Source: Bacteroidaceae bacterium (GTDB lineage: Bacteria > Bacillota > Clostridia > Oscillospirales > Oscillospiraceae). From it: a DNA stretch of 64,000 nt. A model generated the notes under the pieces. That model ran no database searches. It was not told the DNA's origin and worked only from the letters and a program-made list of their open reading frames with translations. Made by a program: the position numbers and the translations under genes. Positions 15,754 to 25,862 of this stretch are shown here, in pieces. The DNA lies in the NCBI GenBank assembly GCA_963627135.1, contig CAVFZY010000015.1:7382-71381 (forward strand), in the 5' to 3' direction. Every line of letters begins with the position of its first letter. The first letter of the stretch is position 1.

Positions 15754-16755
15754 ATGACCCATCTGCGCAAGCTCACAGCGGTGCTGCTGGCCGTCGTGCT
15801 GGTGCTCGCCCTCGCCGCCTGCGGTCAGCAGAGCGAGGACACCGCCGCGGTCGACAAGGACCTGGCCGTCAATGTCATCTCGCTCAACGGCACGACCGGT
15901 TTCGGTATGGCCAAGCTCATTTCCGATAGCAAGGAAGGCACTGCCGCACTGAACTACAACTTCACCGTCGAGACCGACCCGAGCAACGCCACCGCCGCGC
16001 TTGTCAACGGCACGGCCGATATCGCCGCCCTGCCGACGAACGCCGCCGCCGCACTCTACAACAAGACTGACGGCGCCGTGCAGGTGCTCGCGCTCAACAC
16101 GCGCGGCGTGCTGTACGTTGTGACCGACAGCACGGAGCACATTACGTCCTTTGCCGACCTGCGCGGCAAAAACGTCTATGTCCCTGTGCAGAACCCGACG
16201 TTCATCTTCCAGTACCTGTGCGAGCATAACGGTATGACCGTCGGCACGGACATCACCATCGACAACACCTATGCCCAGCCGGCCGAGCTCAACACGGCGC
16301 TCGCCTCCGGCGAGGTGCACATCGCCGTGCTGCCGGAGCCGATGGTCACCATCGCCTGCGCGGCCAATCCGGACCTCACCGTCGCGCTCGACCTGACCGC
16401 CGAGTGGGACAAGGTCGCCACAGCCGGCAGCCTCGTGCAGGGCTGCGTCGTCGTGCGCAAAGCGTTTGCCGATGAGCACCCGAACGAGGTCAAGGCCTTC
16501 CTCAAGGAGTATCAGGCGTCCATCGAGTACCTGACGGCCGAGCCCGACCAGGCCGGCCAGATGATCGAGGATGCCGGTATCTTCGCCAAGGCCGCCGTGG
16601 CTGCCAAGGCCATCCCAAACTGCAACGTCTGCTTCGTGTCCGGCGCGGACATGCAGGCGCCGCTGACGGAGTTTCTCACCGCGCTGAGCACCGTCGCCCC
16701 GCAGAGCATCGGCGGTGAGGTGCCGGCGGAGAGCTTCTACTGCATTCTGAAATGA
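15754..16755 (+). CDS. ABC transporter substrate-binding lipoprotein (NMT1/THI5-like, NitT/TauT family)
   Basis: Lipobox signal peptide LVLALAAC. AAAAGGAGAG RBS. The track ORF starts upstream at 15574, inside the leader. Confidence 0.85.
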   Translation: MTHLRKLTAVLLAVVLVLALAACGQQSEDTAAVDKDLAVNVISLNGTTGFGMAKLISDSKEGTAALNYNFTVETDPSNATAALVNGTADIAALPTNAAAALYNKTDGAVQVLALNTRGVLYVVTDSTEHITSFADLRGKNVYVPVQNPTFIFQYLCEHNGMTVGTDITIDNTYAQPAELNTALASGEVHIAVLPEPMVTIACAANPDLTVALDLTAEWDKVATAGSLVQGCVVVRKAFADEHPNEVKAFLKEYQASIEYLTAEPDQAGQMIEDAGIFAKAAVAAKAIPNCNVCFVSGADMQAPLTEFLTALSTVAPQSIGGEVPAESFYCILK

Positions 16756-17498
16756 AGCGCTTTGCCCGCGGCGCGCTGACGCTTGCATTCTGGCTCGCGG
16801 TGTGGGCGGCGCTGGCGCTGTTCGTGCATCGGGAGCTGCTGCTGCCCGCGCCGTGGGCGGTCGTGCGCCGGCTCTGTGAGCTTGCCGCGACCGGGGTTTT
16901 CTGGCGCATCACGGCCGTGTCCATCGGCCGCGTGCTGCTTGGCGTGATGGGTGCGGTCGTGCTCGGCGTGGCGATGGCCGTCGCCTGCACGGCGTCGAGG
17001 ACCGCAGATGCGCTGCTGCGCCCGCTCATGACGGTCGTCAAGTCCACGCCGGTGGCGTCGTTTGTGGTGCTCGCGCTCATCTGGATCGCGCGCGACTGGC
17101 TGCCGGTGTTCATCGCGCTGCTCATGGTGCTACCCGTCGTGTGGAGCAATGTCTGCACCGGCATCCGCTCGGCCGACCCCGCCCTGCTCGAGCTCGCGCG
17201 GGTGTACGGCTGGCCGCGCGGACGCGTCCTGCGGCGGATCTATGTGCCGAGCGTGCGGCCGCACTTTCTGGCCGCGCTGCGCGCGGGCCTCGGCTTCGGC
17301 TGGAAGGCCGGTATCGCCGCCGAGGTGCTCACCGTGCCGCACAGCGCCATCGGCCGCATGATCTATGAATCGAAGCTCTATCTGCAGACCACCGATCTCT
17401 TCGCCTGGACGCTGGCCGTCATCCTGCTCAGCGTCGGGCTCGAGCGGCTGGTGCTGCGCGCGCTCACCCCGCGCGGGAAAGGAGACGGTGGCGCATGA
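16752..17498 (+). CDS. ABC transporter permease (NitT/TauT family)
   Basis: 6-TM BPD-type permease. ATGA overlap with the upstream gene. Confidence 0.85.
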   Translation: MKRFARGALTLAFWLAVWAALALFVHRELLLPAPWAVVRRLCELAATGVFWRITAVSIGRVLLGVMGAVVLGVAMAVACTASRTADALLRPLMTVVKSTPVASFVVLALIWIARDWLPVFIALLMVLPVVWSNVCTGIRSADPALLELARVYGWPRGRVLRRIYVPSVRPHFLAALRAGLGFGWKAGIAAEVLTVPHSAIGRMIYESKLYLQTTDLFAWTLAVILLSVGLERLVLRALTPRGKGDGGA

Positions 17499-18091
17499 TC
17501 GAGATGCATGACCTCACCGTGACGTACGACGGCCGCACCGTCCTGCGGGATGTCAGCCTCACCGTGCCCGACGGCGCACACATCGCGCTCATGGGCCCAT
17601 CCGGCTGCGGCAAGACGACGCTGCTGCGCGTGCTCGCCGGACTGCAAACGCCGGACTCCGGCACCGTGCGCGTCGTGCCGGGGCGCATGGCCTGCGTTTT
17701 TCAGGAGCCGCGGCTGCTGCCGTGGCGCACGTCGGTGGAAAACGTCAACGCCGTGCTCTCCGACCGGGCGCAGACCATGCCGCAGGCGCTGGCGTGGCTG
17801 GAGCGGCTGGAGCTGGCCGATGCGTGCGACCGGTACCCCGCGGCGCTCTCCGGCGGCATGCAGCAGCGCGTGGCCATCGCGCGCGCGCTCGCGTATGATG
17901 CGCCGGTGTTGCTGCTCGACGAGCCGTTTCGCGGCCTGGACGCGGCGCTGTGCGCACGCGTCACCGCGCTGATCGCGGACGCGGCGAAAGACAAGACCCT
18001 CGTGCTCGCCACGCACGACGCGGCCGACGCCGCCGCGCTCGGCTGCGCGGTGTATGCGTATGCCGGCGGTGCGTTCCGGCGCGACGGATGA
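17495..18091 (+). CDS. ABC transporter ATP-binding protein (short, 198 aa)
   Basis: Walker A GPSGCGKTT, signature LSGGMQQR, Walker B LLLDEP, H-loop ATHD. The last roughly 10 codons and the stop lie inside a repeat element. Confidence 0.85.
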   Translation: MIEMHDLTVTYDGRTVLRDVSLTVPDGAHIALMGPSGCGKTTLLRVLAGLQTPDSGTVRVVPGRMACVFQEPRLLPWRTSVENVNAVLSDRAQTMPQALAWLERLELADACDRYPAALSGGMQQRVAIARALAYDAPVLLLDEPFRGLDAALCARVTALIADAAKDKTLVLATHDAADAAALGCAVYAYAGGAFRRDG

Positions 18092-18197
18092 GGTGGGCAT
18101 TGGATACGCACTGCACTACCGGAAGTGCCGGAGGAAACCGCGACCTTTCCACCTCATCCGGCGAGCAAAGCTCGCCACCTTCTCCTCAAGGAGAAGG
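18062..18197 (+). repeat. Family-1 palindromic mosaic element, copy A (left arm truncated and embedded in the CDS)
   Basis: GGATGAGGTGG at 18086-18096 and CCACCTCATCC at 18149-18159 flank a 52-nt core. This is followed by GGCGAGC-AAA-GCTCGCC (18160-18176) and CCTTCTCC-TCAA-GGAGAAGG (18178-18197). Confidence 0.8.
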
Positions 18198-18260
18198 CTT
18201 GGGTGCGTGACGGCCGCCGGCGCGCCTTTCAGGCGCTACTCTCTGCAAAACAGACACGAA

Positions 18261-18299
18261 AAACTCCGCCCCGCATCGAAACGATGCGGGGCGGAGTTT
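18261..18299. terminator. Bidirectional terminator between the ABC operon and the P-type ATPase
   Basis: AAACTCCGCCCCGCATCG-AAA-CGATGCGGGGCGGAGTTT. Confidence 0.8.
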
Positions 18300-18322
18300 C
18301 TTCTACTTGTGCTATGCAGCCC

Positions 18323-20770
18323 TTACGCGGCCTTTGCGGTCTTGGCCGCGCGCCACGCCTCGAACTTGGCGCGCATACGGTCGTTCAGGCGGCAGAATGC
18401 CTTCATCACCGGCCACGACAGCAGGCCGAACACGGTGAGGATGAGCGCGCTCTGCAGATTCAGCTTCTGCAGGCTGAAGAGCGTCGGGAAGCCGAAATAC
18501 GCGATCACGAACAGCACGACGAGCACGACGATCATCACCTTGCGGATGGTGTTGTACGGCTGGCACGTACGGTGCACCATCATGAGACCGACGATGCCCA
18601 TGACACCGGTGCAGATCGTGATCATGGCCGTGTCGTTGAGCTGGAAGGCAATATAAAACAGCAGGATGCCCACGACCATCGCCAGGTCCGTCATCGCGGC
18701 TGGCAGCGCGCGGAAGAGCACGTTGCGCAGGAATTTTCCCTTGACGAGGCTCTCGTTCGGCTCCATGGCGAGGATGAACGACGGGATACCGATGGTCACG
18801 GCGCTCACGAGCGTGAGCTGCGCGGGGCTGAACGGATATGGCAGCGTGGCAAAGAGTGTGAAAAATGCGAGGCAGAACGAGAAAATGTTCTTGACCAGAT
18901 ACAGCGACGCGCTGCGCTCGATGTTGTTGATGACGCGGCGCCCCTCCGCCACGACCGACGGCATGGAGGCAAAGTTGGAATCGAGCAGCACGATGTGCGA
19001 CACCTGGCACGCCACGTCGCTGCCCGAGGCCATGGCGATGGAGCAGTCGGCCTCCTTGAGCGCGAGCACGTCGTTGACGCCGTCGCCCGTCATGGCTACG
19101 GTGTGGCCGTCGGCCTTGAGCGCCTGCACGAGGCTGCGCTTCTGCGCCGGGGTCACGCGGCCGAAGACCGTGTATCGGCCCGCCGCGTCGCGGATGGCTT
19201 CCTCGGTCGTGAGCGTGCGCGCGTCGACAAAGCGGTCGGCATTTTCGATGCCGGCGCGCTTGGCCACCTCGGACACCGTGCGCGCGTTGTCGCCGGAGAT
19301 GACCTTCACGGCCACGCCCTGGCTGGCAAAGTAGCCGAACGTCTCCGGCGCCTCGGCACGGATCTTGTTCGAGAGCAGGATCAGCGCGATGGGCAGAAGG
19401 TCGGCATTCAGCGTCTCGTCCGAGAGCGCGCCGTCATACATGCCCAGCAGCAGCACGCGGCAGCCCTTGGCGGAGTAGCCCTCAATCTGCTCCTGATACG
19501 GGTTTTCCCGCCCGGCGAGCAGCACGTCCGGCGCGCCGAGCAGATACGTCTCCTCGGCGTGGAACGACACGCCGCCGTATTTCTTCGCCGACGAGAACGG
19601 CAGCGTCGCCGTCGCGTCCTGCATCTTTTCGCCCGTGAAGTAGCGCCGCAGCGCCGCCATGGTGTCGTTGTCGGCCTGCATGGCGTAGACGTAGTCGGAC
19701 ATGATCATGCGGATGTCCTCGAGCGTGAAGCGGTCGTCGCACAGGGGGCAGACGTCCTCGACGATCATCTTGTTTTCCGTCACGGTGCCGGTCTTGTCCA
19801 CGCATAGCGTGTCCACGCGCGCGAGCGTCTCGATGCAGCCGAGCTCGTGCACGAGGGTCTTGCGCTGGGCCAGACGCACCACGCCGGCCACGAGCGCAAG
19901 GCTCGTGAGCAGATACAGCCCCTCGGGAATCATGCCGATGATGGAGCCGACCGTGCTCGTCACGGCGATGGGCACGGCACGGTCGAGCCACACGAACTCC
20001 TTAATGAACATCACCACACCGAGCGGGATGACGAGGATGCCAATCCACTTGACGAGGTTTTGCAGCGAGCGCATCATCTCCGACTGCTGCGGCTTCTTGG
20101 CGCGCTTGGCCTCCTGCGTCAGGCGCGAGACATAGGAGTCCGCGCCGACGTCCGTCAGCTGTGCGCGGCATATGCCGCTGACGACGAAGCTGCCCGACAG
20201 GAGCTTGTCGCCGGGGTTTTTCTTGATCTCGTCCGATTCGCCCGTGATGAGCGCCTCGTTGACATAGCAGCTGTCGGCCGCGACGACGGCGTCGGCATAG
20301 ATCTGGTTGCCGGCGGCGAAAACGACGATATCATCGCGCACGAGCTGCGCCGTGTCGACGGTCACGCGCCTGCCGTCGCGCACGGCGACGGCCTTTGGTG
20401 ACGCGAGGATGTTGAGCTTGTCGAGCGTTTTCTTCGAGCGGATCTCCTGAATGATGCCGATGGCGGTGTTGACGATGATGACACCCATGAACGTCAGGTT
20501 CAGCCACTGCTGCACCGCGATCACGCACAGCGCCAGCAGGAAAAACAGCATATTAAAATAGGTAAAGATATTGCTCAGGACGATTTGTTTGACGGTCTTG
20601 CCCGGCGGGTCGACGGGCGCGTTCGTCCACCCGGCGTCCGTGCGCTCACGCACCTGCGCGCTCGTCAGGCCCTGCTGCGGGTCGGGGTGCACGATGGGCA
20701 CGTCCTGCCGCTCCGGCGTCTTGGACTCGGGCGCGCGCTTGTCTTTGATTTTTTCGATCAGATTGGCCAA
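18323..20770 (-). CDS. Cation-translocating P-type ATPase (HAD-IC/E1-E2 type)
   Basis: Motifs DKTGTVTENKM, TGES and MTGDGVNDVLALKEADCSIAM. TTG start at 20770, 7 nt after GGAGG. The track ORF extends further upstream across folD. Confidence 0.88.
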   Translation of the reverse strand: MANLIEKIKDKRAPESKTPERQDVPIVHPDPQQGLTSAQVRERTDAGWTNAPVDPPGKTVKQIVLSNIFTYFNMLFFLLALCVIAVQQWLNLTFMGVIIVNTAIGIIQEIRSKKTLDKLNILASPKAVAVRDGRRVTVDTAQLVRDDIVVFAAGNQIYADAVVAADSCYVNEALITGESDEIKKNPGDKLLSGSFVVSGICRAQLTDVGADSYVSRLTQEAKRAKKPQQSEMMRSLQNLVKWIGILVIPLGVVMFIKEFVWLDRAVPIAVTSTVGSIIGMIPEGLYLLTSLALVAGVVRLAQRKTLVHELGCIETLARVDTLCVDKTGTVTENKMIVEDVCPLCDDRFTLEDIRMIMSDYVYAMQADNDTMAALRRYFTGEKMQDATATLPFSSAKKYGGVSFHAEETYLLGAPDVLLAGRENPYQEQIEGYSAKGCRVLLLGMYDGALSDETLNADLLPIALILLSNKIRAEAPETFGYFASQGVAVKVISGDNARTVSEVAKRAGIENADRFVDARTLTTEEAIRDAAGRYTVFGRVTPAQKRSLVQALKADGHTVAMTGDGVNDVLALKEADCSIAMASGSDVACQVSHIVLLDSNFASMPSVVAEGRRVINNIERSASLYLVKNIFSFCLAFFTLFATLPYPFSPAQLTLVSAVTIGIPSFILAMEPNESLVKGKFLRNVLFRALPAAMTDLAMVVGILLFYIAFQLNDTAMITICTGVMGIVGLMMVHRTCQPYNTIRKVMIVVLVVLFVIAYFGFPTLFSLQKLNLQSALILTVFGLLSWPVMKAFCRLNDRMRAKFEAWRAAKTAKAA

Positions 20771-20850
20771 AGGTCTGCCTCCAGAGTGAGAATACCCAAT
20801 ATTATAGCGTCTCGCGCGGCGGAAAGGAACAACAGTTTGTGAATATTTGC

Positions 20851-21687
20851 TTAAAAATAGTGCAAATTTTCGGCAGCCTGCACGGTGTGCCGCAGCAGCA
20901 GCGCGGTCGTTACGCTGCCGATGCCGCCGGGCACGGGCGTGCAGACGGCGATGGCCGCGGCCTCGGGCGCCATGTCGCCGCGCAGCGTGCCGTCTGGCAG
21001 CGCGGTCACGCCCGCGTCGAGCACGATCTGCCCAGGGTGCACGCAGTCGGGCGTGATGAGCCCCGGCACGCCCGCCGCGGCGAGGAGAATGTCCGCGTCC
21101 CGGCAGCGGGCGGCGAGGTCGGGCGTTTTCCGGTGGCAGAGCGTCACGGTCGCGTCCGCGCGCGTGAGCAGCAGCGCGGCCGGCCGGCCGATGACAAGGC
21201 TCCGGCCGACGACGGTCACGCGCCTGCCCGCAGGGTCGATGCCGTGCGCGCGCAGCAGCTCCATGCACGCCTCAGCTGTGCAGGGGGCGAAGCCCGCCGC
21301 CCCGGTCACGAGCGCGCCGAGCGATAACGTTGTCATGCCGTCGACGTCCTTGCACGCATCGAGCGTGTCCAGAATTTCCTGCGCGCGCAGCGCCGCCGGC
21401 AGCGGCCGCAGCAGCAGCACGCCGTGCACCGAGCCGTCCGCGCTCAGGGCGCGCAGGGTGTCGGTCAAGGTATCGGGCGCGCAGTCCGCCGGCAGGGGGA
21501 CTGGGCGTACGGCGATGCCGCAGGTATCCGCCGTGCGCGCGATGCTGCGCAGATAGGCCCGGTCGTCTGGCTGCGCGCCCACGGACACGGCGGCGAGGCA
21601 GGGACGCACCTCGAGCAGCGCGGCGCGAGTGCGCACCTGTGCATAGATCGCCGCGGCCGCCTTCGTTCCGGTCAGGGTGTTCGCCAT
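20851..21687 (-). CDS. folD: Bifunctional methylene-THF dehydrogenase / methenyl-THF cyclohydrolase
   Basis: Motifs VVGRSLVIGRPAALLL..TVTLCHRKT and PVPGGIGSVTTALLL. Confidence 0.92.
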   Translation of the reverse strand: MANTLTGTKAAAAIYAQVRTRAALLEVRPCLAAVSVGAQPDDRAYLRSIARTADTCGIAVRPVPLPADCAPDTLTDTLRALSADGSVHGVLLLRPLPAALRAQEILDTLDACKDVDGMTTLSLGALVTGAAGFAPCTAEACMELLRAHGIDPAGRRVTVVGRSLVIGRPAALLLTRADATVTLCHRKTPDLAARCRDADILLAAAGVPGLITPDCVHPGQIVLDAGVTALPDGTLRGDMAPEAAAIAVCTPVPGGIGSVTTALLLRHTVQAAENLHYF

Positions 21688-21690
21688 GGG

Positions 21691-22344
21691 TCAGCCCTCC
21701 CCGCGCAGCGCGGTCAGCACCGCGTCCACGGTCTGCGCGCAGCACTGCACCACGGTCGTGCGCAGGTGCTCGGCGCGCGTTTCGGTCTCGGTGCGGTCGG
21801 CGGGCGCGAGCAGGCCGGTGTTGACAAAGACGTTCATGGCCGCAGCCTCCGCCGCCGCGCGGCACAGCGCTGCCGCACACCCAATATCCGAGCGCAGGAT
21901 GGGGCTGATCGTCTCGCGTGCGGCGTCGAGCAGCAGCGCCACCTGCGCGCAGTGCTCCAGCATGCCCAGCGGGGCCTGACACGCCGTTTGTGCTGCGGCC
22001 GCGAGTTTGGCTGCGCGGTCAGGGTCGGTCCTGGGGATGGCATAGGCCTTCTGCAGCGGCAGGAAGCCTGCCGCGTCCGCATCGATGAGCGCGAGCAGCG
22101 CTGTGCGCTGCGTATCGACCGCGGCTGCCATCGCCGTGAGCGCGCAGCGGCGGTCAGCATAGCGGGGGTTCGCGGCCGTCACGTTTGCGGCCATCGCGGC
22201 TAAGCTTGCCGCCAGTGCCCCCGTGAGCGCGGCCGCGCCCCCGCCGCCCGGTGCAGGCGACGCGGAGGCGAGCTGCGCGGTAAATTCGGAAAGGGTCCGG
22301 TCGGTCATAAGCGTCTGGTCGGTCATAAGCGTCTGGTCGGTCAT
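21691..22344 (-). CDS. Cyclodeaminase/cyclohydrolase family protein (FTCD C-terminal domain-like, FchA-type)
   Basis: LSEFTAQLASASPAPGGGGAAALTGALAASLAAM is typical of the family. AAGGAGG RBS 8 nt before the ATG at 22344. Confidence 0.85.
   Translation of the reverse strand: MTDQTLMTDQTLMTDRTLSEFTAQLASASPAPGGGGAAALTGALAASLAAMAANVTAANPRYADRRCALTAMAAAVDTQRTALLALIDADAAGFLPLQKAYAIPRTDPDRAAKLAAAAQTACQAPLGMLEHCAQVALLLDAARETISPILRSDIGCAAALCRAAAEAAAMNVFVNTGLLAPADRTETETRAEHLRTTVVQCCAQTVDAVLTALRGEG
22299..22344 (-). repeat. 2.5 copies of an 18-bp tandem repeat covering the first codons (MTDQTL x3)
   Basis: GGTCGGTCATAAGCGTCT at 22299-22316 and 22317-22334, with a partial copy at 22335-22344. Confidence 0.9.
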
Positions 22345-22426
22345 ATGGAAAACCTCCTTGCGGGATGATTCGCTGCTGTGTCATGTGGAAAGCCCTCGCC
22401 CTGCGGGCGGGGCGGACTCAGCGCTG

Positions 22427-22670
22427 CCTTCTCCTTGCGGCGCAGCCTTCTCCTTGCCGAGAAGGTGCTGAGCGGAGCGAAGCGGATGAGGTGTTTCCTG
22501 ACGTTACGCACCATGGTAATTCCGTTTCTGCACCGCTCGACCAGTGCCGCGACAAATGGAGGCGGCAAGGTCGTGGATTCCTCCAGCGGCACCGGTCTTG
22601 CGGTGCGTATCCTACGACACCTCATCCGTCGCGGCGTGCCCGCCGCGCCACCTTCCCCTCCAGGGGAAGG
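22427..22670. repeat. Family-1 palindromic mosaic element, copy B (both arms present, 124-nt centre)
   Basis: Left arm: CCTTCTCC..GAGAAGG (22446-22465) then GGATGAGGTG (22484-22493). Right arm: CACCTCATCC (22618-22627), GCGGCG-TGCC-CGCCGC (22631-22646) and CCTTCCCC-TCCA-GGGGAAGG (22651-22670). An extra half hairpin lies at 22427-22434. Confidence 0.8.
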
Positions 22671-22888
22671 CTTTAAATTACATTGTATTATACCGCGCGG
22701 CGAGGCGGTTGAAAAGTGGGCACGGGGGCTTTTTGCGCGTTTTTTGGGCATACTGACTCAAAAGGGAGGAATGACCATGCAAGACGGTTTCCTGCGCGCG
22801 GCGGCGCTTTGCGCATGATTTTCGCCTCTTTGTGCATATCACCGAAAGAAACACGTTTCCGGCGTGAATTTTATTCGAAAAAGGGGGG

Positions 22889-22917
22889 TTGACATTTTCG
22901 CGAAAAAGGTGAATAAT
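22889..22917 (+). promoter_or_regulatory. argG promoter, TTGACA-17-AATAAT
   Basis: -35 at 22889-22894, -10 at 22912-22917. Confidence 0.6.
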
Positions 22918-22927
22918 ATGCACATCT

Positions 22928-22945
22928 TGTGAATGAATAATCATT
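22928..22945 (+). promoter_or_regulatory. ARG-box-like operator (candidate ArgR site)
   Basis: TGTGAATGAATAATCATT matches TNTGAATWWWWATTCANW at 16 of 18 positions. It lies between the promoter and the argG start. Confidence 0.4.
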
Positions 22946-22955
22946 GGAGGCAACC

Positions 22956-24179
<1,224 letters not shown>

Positions 24180-24264
24180 GCGGTACAATAAGAATACAGA
24201 AATGATTTTATCCCCGCGCCGGGCCGCCTGGCGCGGGGACAACTGACGAAGGGAGACCATCACC

Positions 24265-25641
24265 ATGACAAAAATGTGGGCGGGCCGCACGGCCGGCGTG
24301 ACCGATCCGGTCGCGGACGATTTTAACTCCTCCATCCACTTCGACAGCCGGATGTACCGCGAGGACATCACGGGCAGCATGGCGCACGCGGCAATGCTCG
24401 GCGCGCAGCACATCCTCCCGCAGGCGGACGCCAATGCCATCATCGACGCGCTGCAGGGCATTCTGGATGATCTCGACCACGGCACGCTGACGTTCGACCC
24501 CGCGTGCGAGGACATCCATATGTTCGTCGAGCAGGTGCTCACCGCGCGCATCGGCGACCTCGGCAAGAAGCTGCACACCGCCCGCTCGCGCAACGATCAG
24601 GTCGCGCTCGACCTGCGCATGTACCTGCGCCATGAGACGGCGGATATCATCGCGCTGACGAAGGACGTACTTGCGGCACTGGTGGAGCAGGCCAAGGCGC
24701 ACAAGGGTGACATTCTGCCCGGCTACACGCACCTGCAGCGTGCGCAGCCCATCACCTTCGGCCACCACCTGATGGCCTATGCCATGATGCTCCTGCGCGA
24801 CATTGACCGCATGCAGGATGCTGTCAAGCGCATGAACGTCTCGCCCATCGGCTGCTGCGCCCTCGCCGGAACGACGTATGACACCGACCGGTTCTTCGAG
24901 GCCAAACAGCTCGGCTTTGACGACGTGGCGCGCAACAGTCTCGACGGCGTGTCCGACCGGGACTTCTGCGTCGAGCTGCTCGATGCCTACGCCATCGAGA
25001 TGATGCACCTCTCGCGCCTGAGCGAGGAACTCGTGCTCTGGTCGAGCTGGGAGTTTCAGTTCGTGCAGCTCTCGGACAGCTACACGACCGGCTCGTCGAT
25101 CATGCCGCAGAAGAAAAACCCCGACATGGCCGAACTCGTGCGCGGCAAGACCGGCCGCGTCTACGGCGACCTCATCGCTATGCTCACGGCACTCAAGGGC
25201 CTGCCGCTGGCGTATAATAAGGATATGCAGGAGGACAAGGAGGCCGTGTTCGACGCGGTGGACACCGTGAAGATGTGCCTGCGCGTCATGGCGCCGATGC
25301 TCGCGACCATGACCGTGCGCGCCGACAAGATGCTCCACGCGGCGCAGACAGGCTTCCTGAATGCGACCGACCTCGCGGACTACCTCGTCACGAAGGGCCT
25401 GCCATTCCGCAGCGCGTACAAGGTTTCCGGCCAGCTTGTGGCCTATTGCATCGCGCACAACACCGTGCTCGAGCAGCTGCCGCTCGAGACCTTCCGGACC
25501 TTCAGCGACCTCTTTGACGACGGCGTGTATGACGCCATCGACCTCACCAACTGCGTCACGCGGCGCGTGTCATTCGGCGGCACGTCCGTGCCGAGCGTCG
25601 AGGCACAGATCGCCTGGGTCGAGCAGCAGCTCGGCGCATGA
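24265..25641 (+). CDS. argH: Argininosuccinate lyase
   Basis: MWAGRT..DDFNSSI N-terminus and the fumarate-lyase signature GSSIMPQKKNPD. Confidence 0.97.
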   Translation: MTKMWAGRTAGVTDPVADDFNSSIHFDSRMYREDITGSMAHAAMLGAQHILPQADANAIIDALQGILDDLDHGTLTFDPACEDIHMFVEQVLTARIGDLGKKLHTARSRNDQVALDLRMYLRHETADIIALTKDVLAALVEQAKAHKGDILPGYTHLQRAQPITFGHHLMAYAMMLLRDIDRMQDAVKRMNVSPIGCCALAGTTYDTDRFFEAKQLGFDDVARNSLDGVSDRDFCVELLDAYAIEMMHLSRLSEELVLWSSWEFQFVQLSDSYTTGSSIMPQKKNPDMAELVRGKTGRVYGDLIAMLTALKGLPLAYNKDMQEDKEAVFDAVDTVKMCLRVMAPMLATMTVRADKMLHAAQTGFLNATDLADYLVTKGLPFRSAYKVSGQLVAYCIAHNTVLEQLPLETFRTFSDLFDDGVYDAIDLTNCVTRRVSFGGTSVPSVEAQIAWVEQQLGA

Positions 25642-25656
25642 GCACAGACTTTTTCG

Positions 25657-25690
25657 AACCGGTGTCCCGAAAGCGGGACACCGGTTTTTC
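25657..25690 (+). terminator. argH terminator
   Basis: AACCGGTGTCCCG-AAAG-CGGGACACCGGTT followed by TTTT. Confidence 0.85.
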
Positions 25691-25691
25691 T

Positions 25692-25862
25692 GTCGCCTTT
25701 TGTACAGACAGCAAAAAAACCGCTTGCGGCTTGGGATGATTTCCGGTATACTGAATATACTGACTTTTTGCAGCAAAGGAGACCTGACATGAAAAAGAAA
25801 CTTCTGAGCATCCTGCTCGTGCTGAGCCTGATGCTCGCGCTCGTCCCGGCGGCCTTCGCGGC
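25692..25862 (+). repeat. Duplicated promoter, 5'UTR and signal-peptide module, copy 1
   Basis: About 170 nt similar to 27511-27681. The 74 nt encoding MKKKLLSILLVLSLMLALVPAAFAA are identical in both copies. Confidence 0.9.
25724..25752 (+). promoter_or_regulatory. Promoter TTGCGG-17-TATACT
   Basis: -35 at 25724-25729, -10 at 25747-25752. Confidence 0.6.

Noticed and set aside
22380-22680. CRISPR array (this region and 52300-52580)
   Set aside because: The repeated units are self-complementary hairpins in mixed orientations with irregular spacing, and the 'spacers' are themselves repeated between loci. No cas genes or leader are present.
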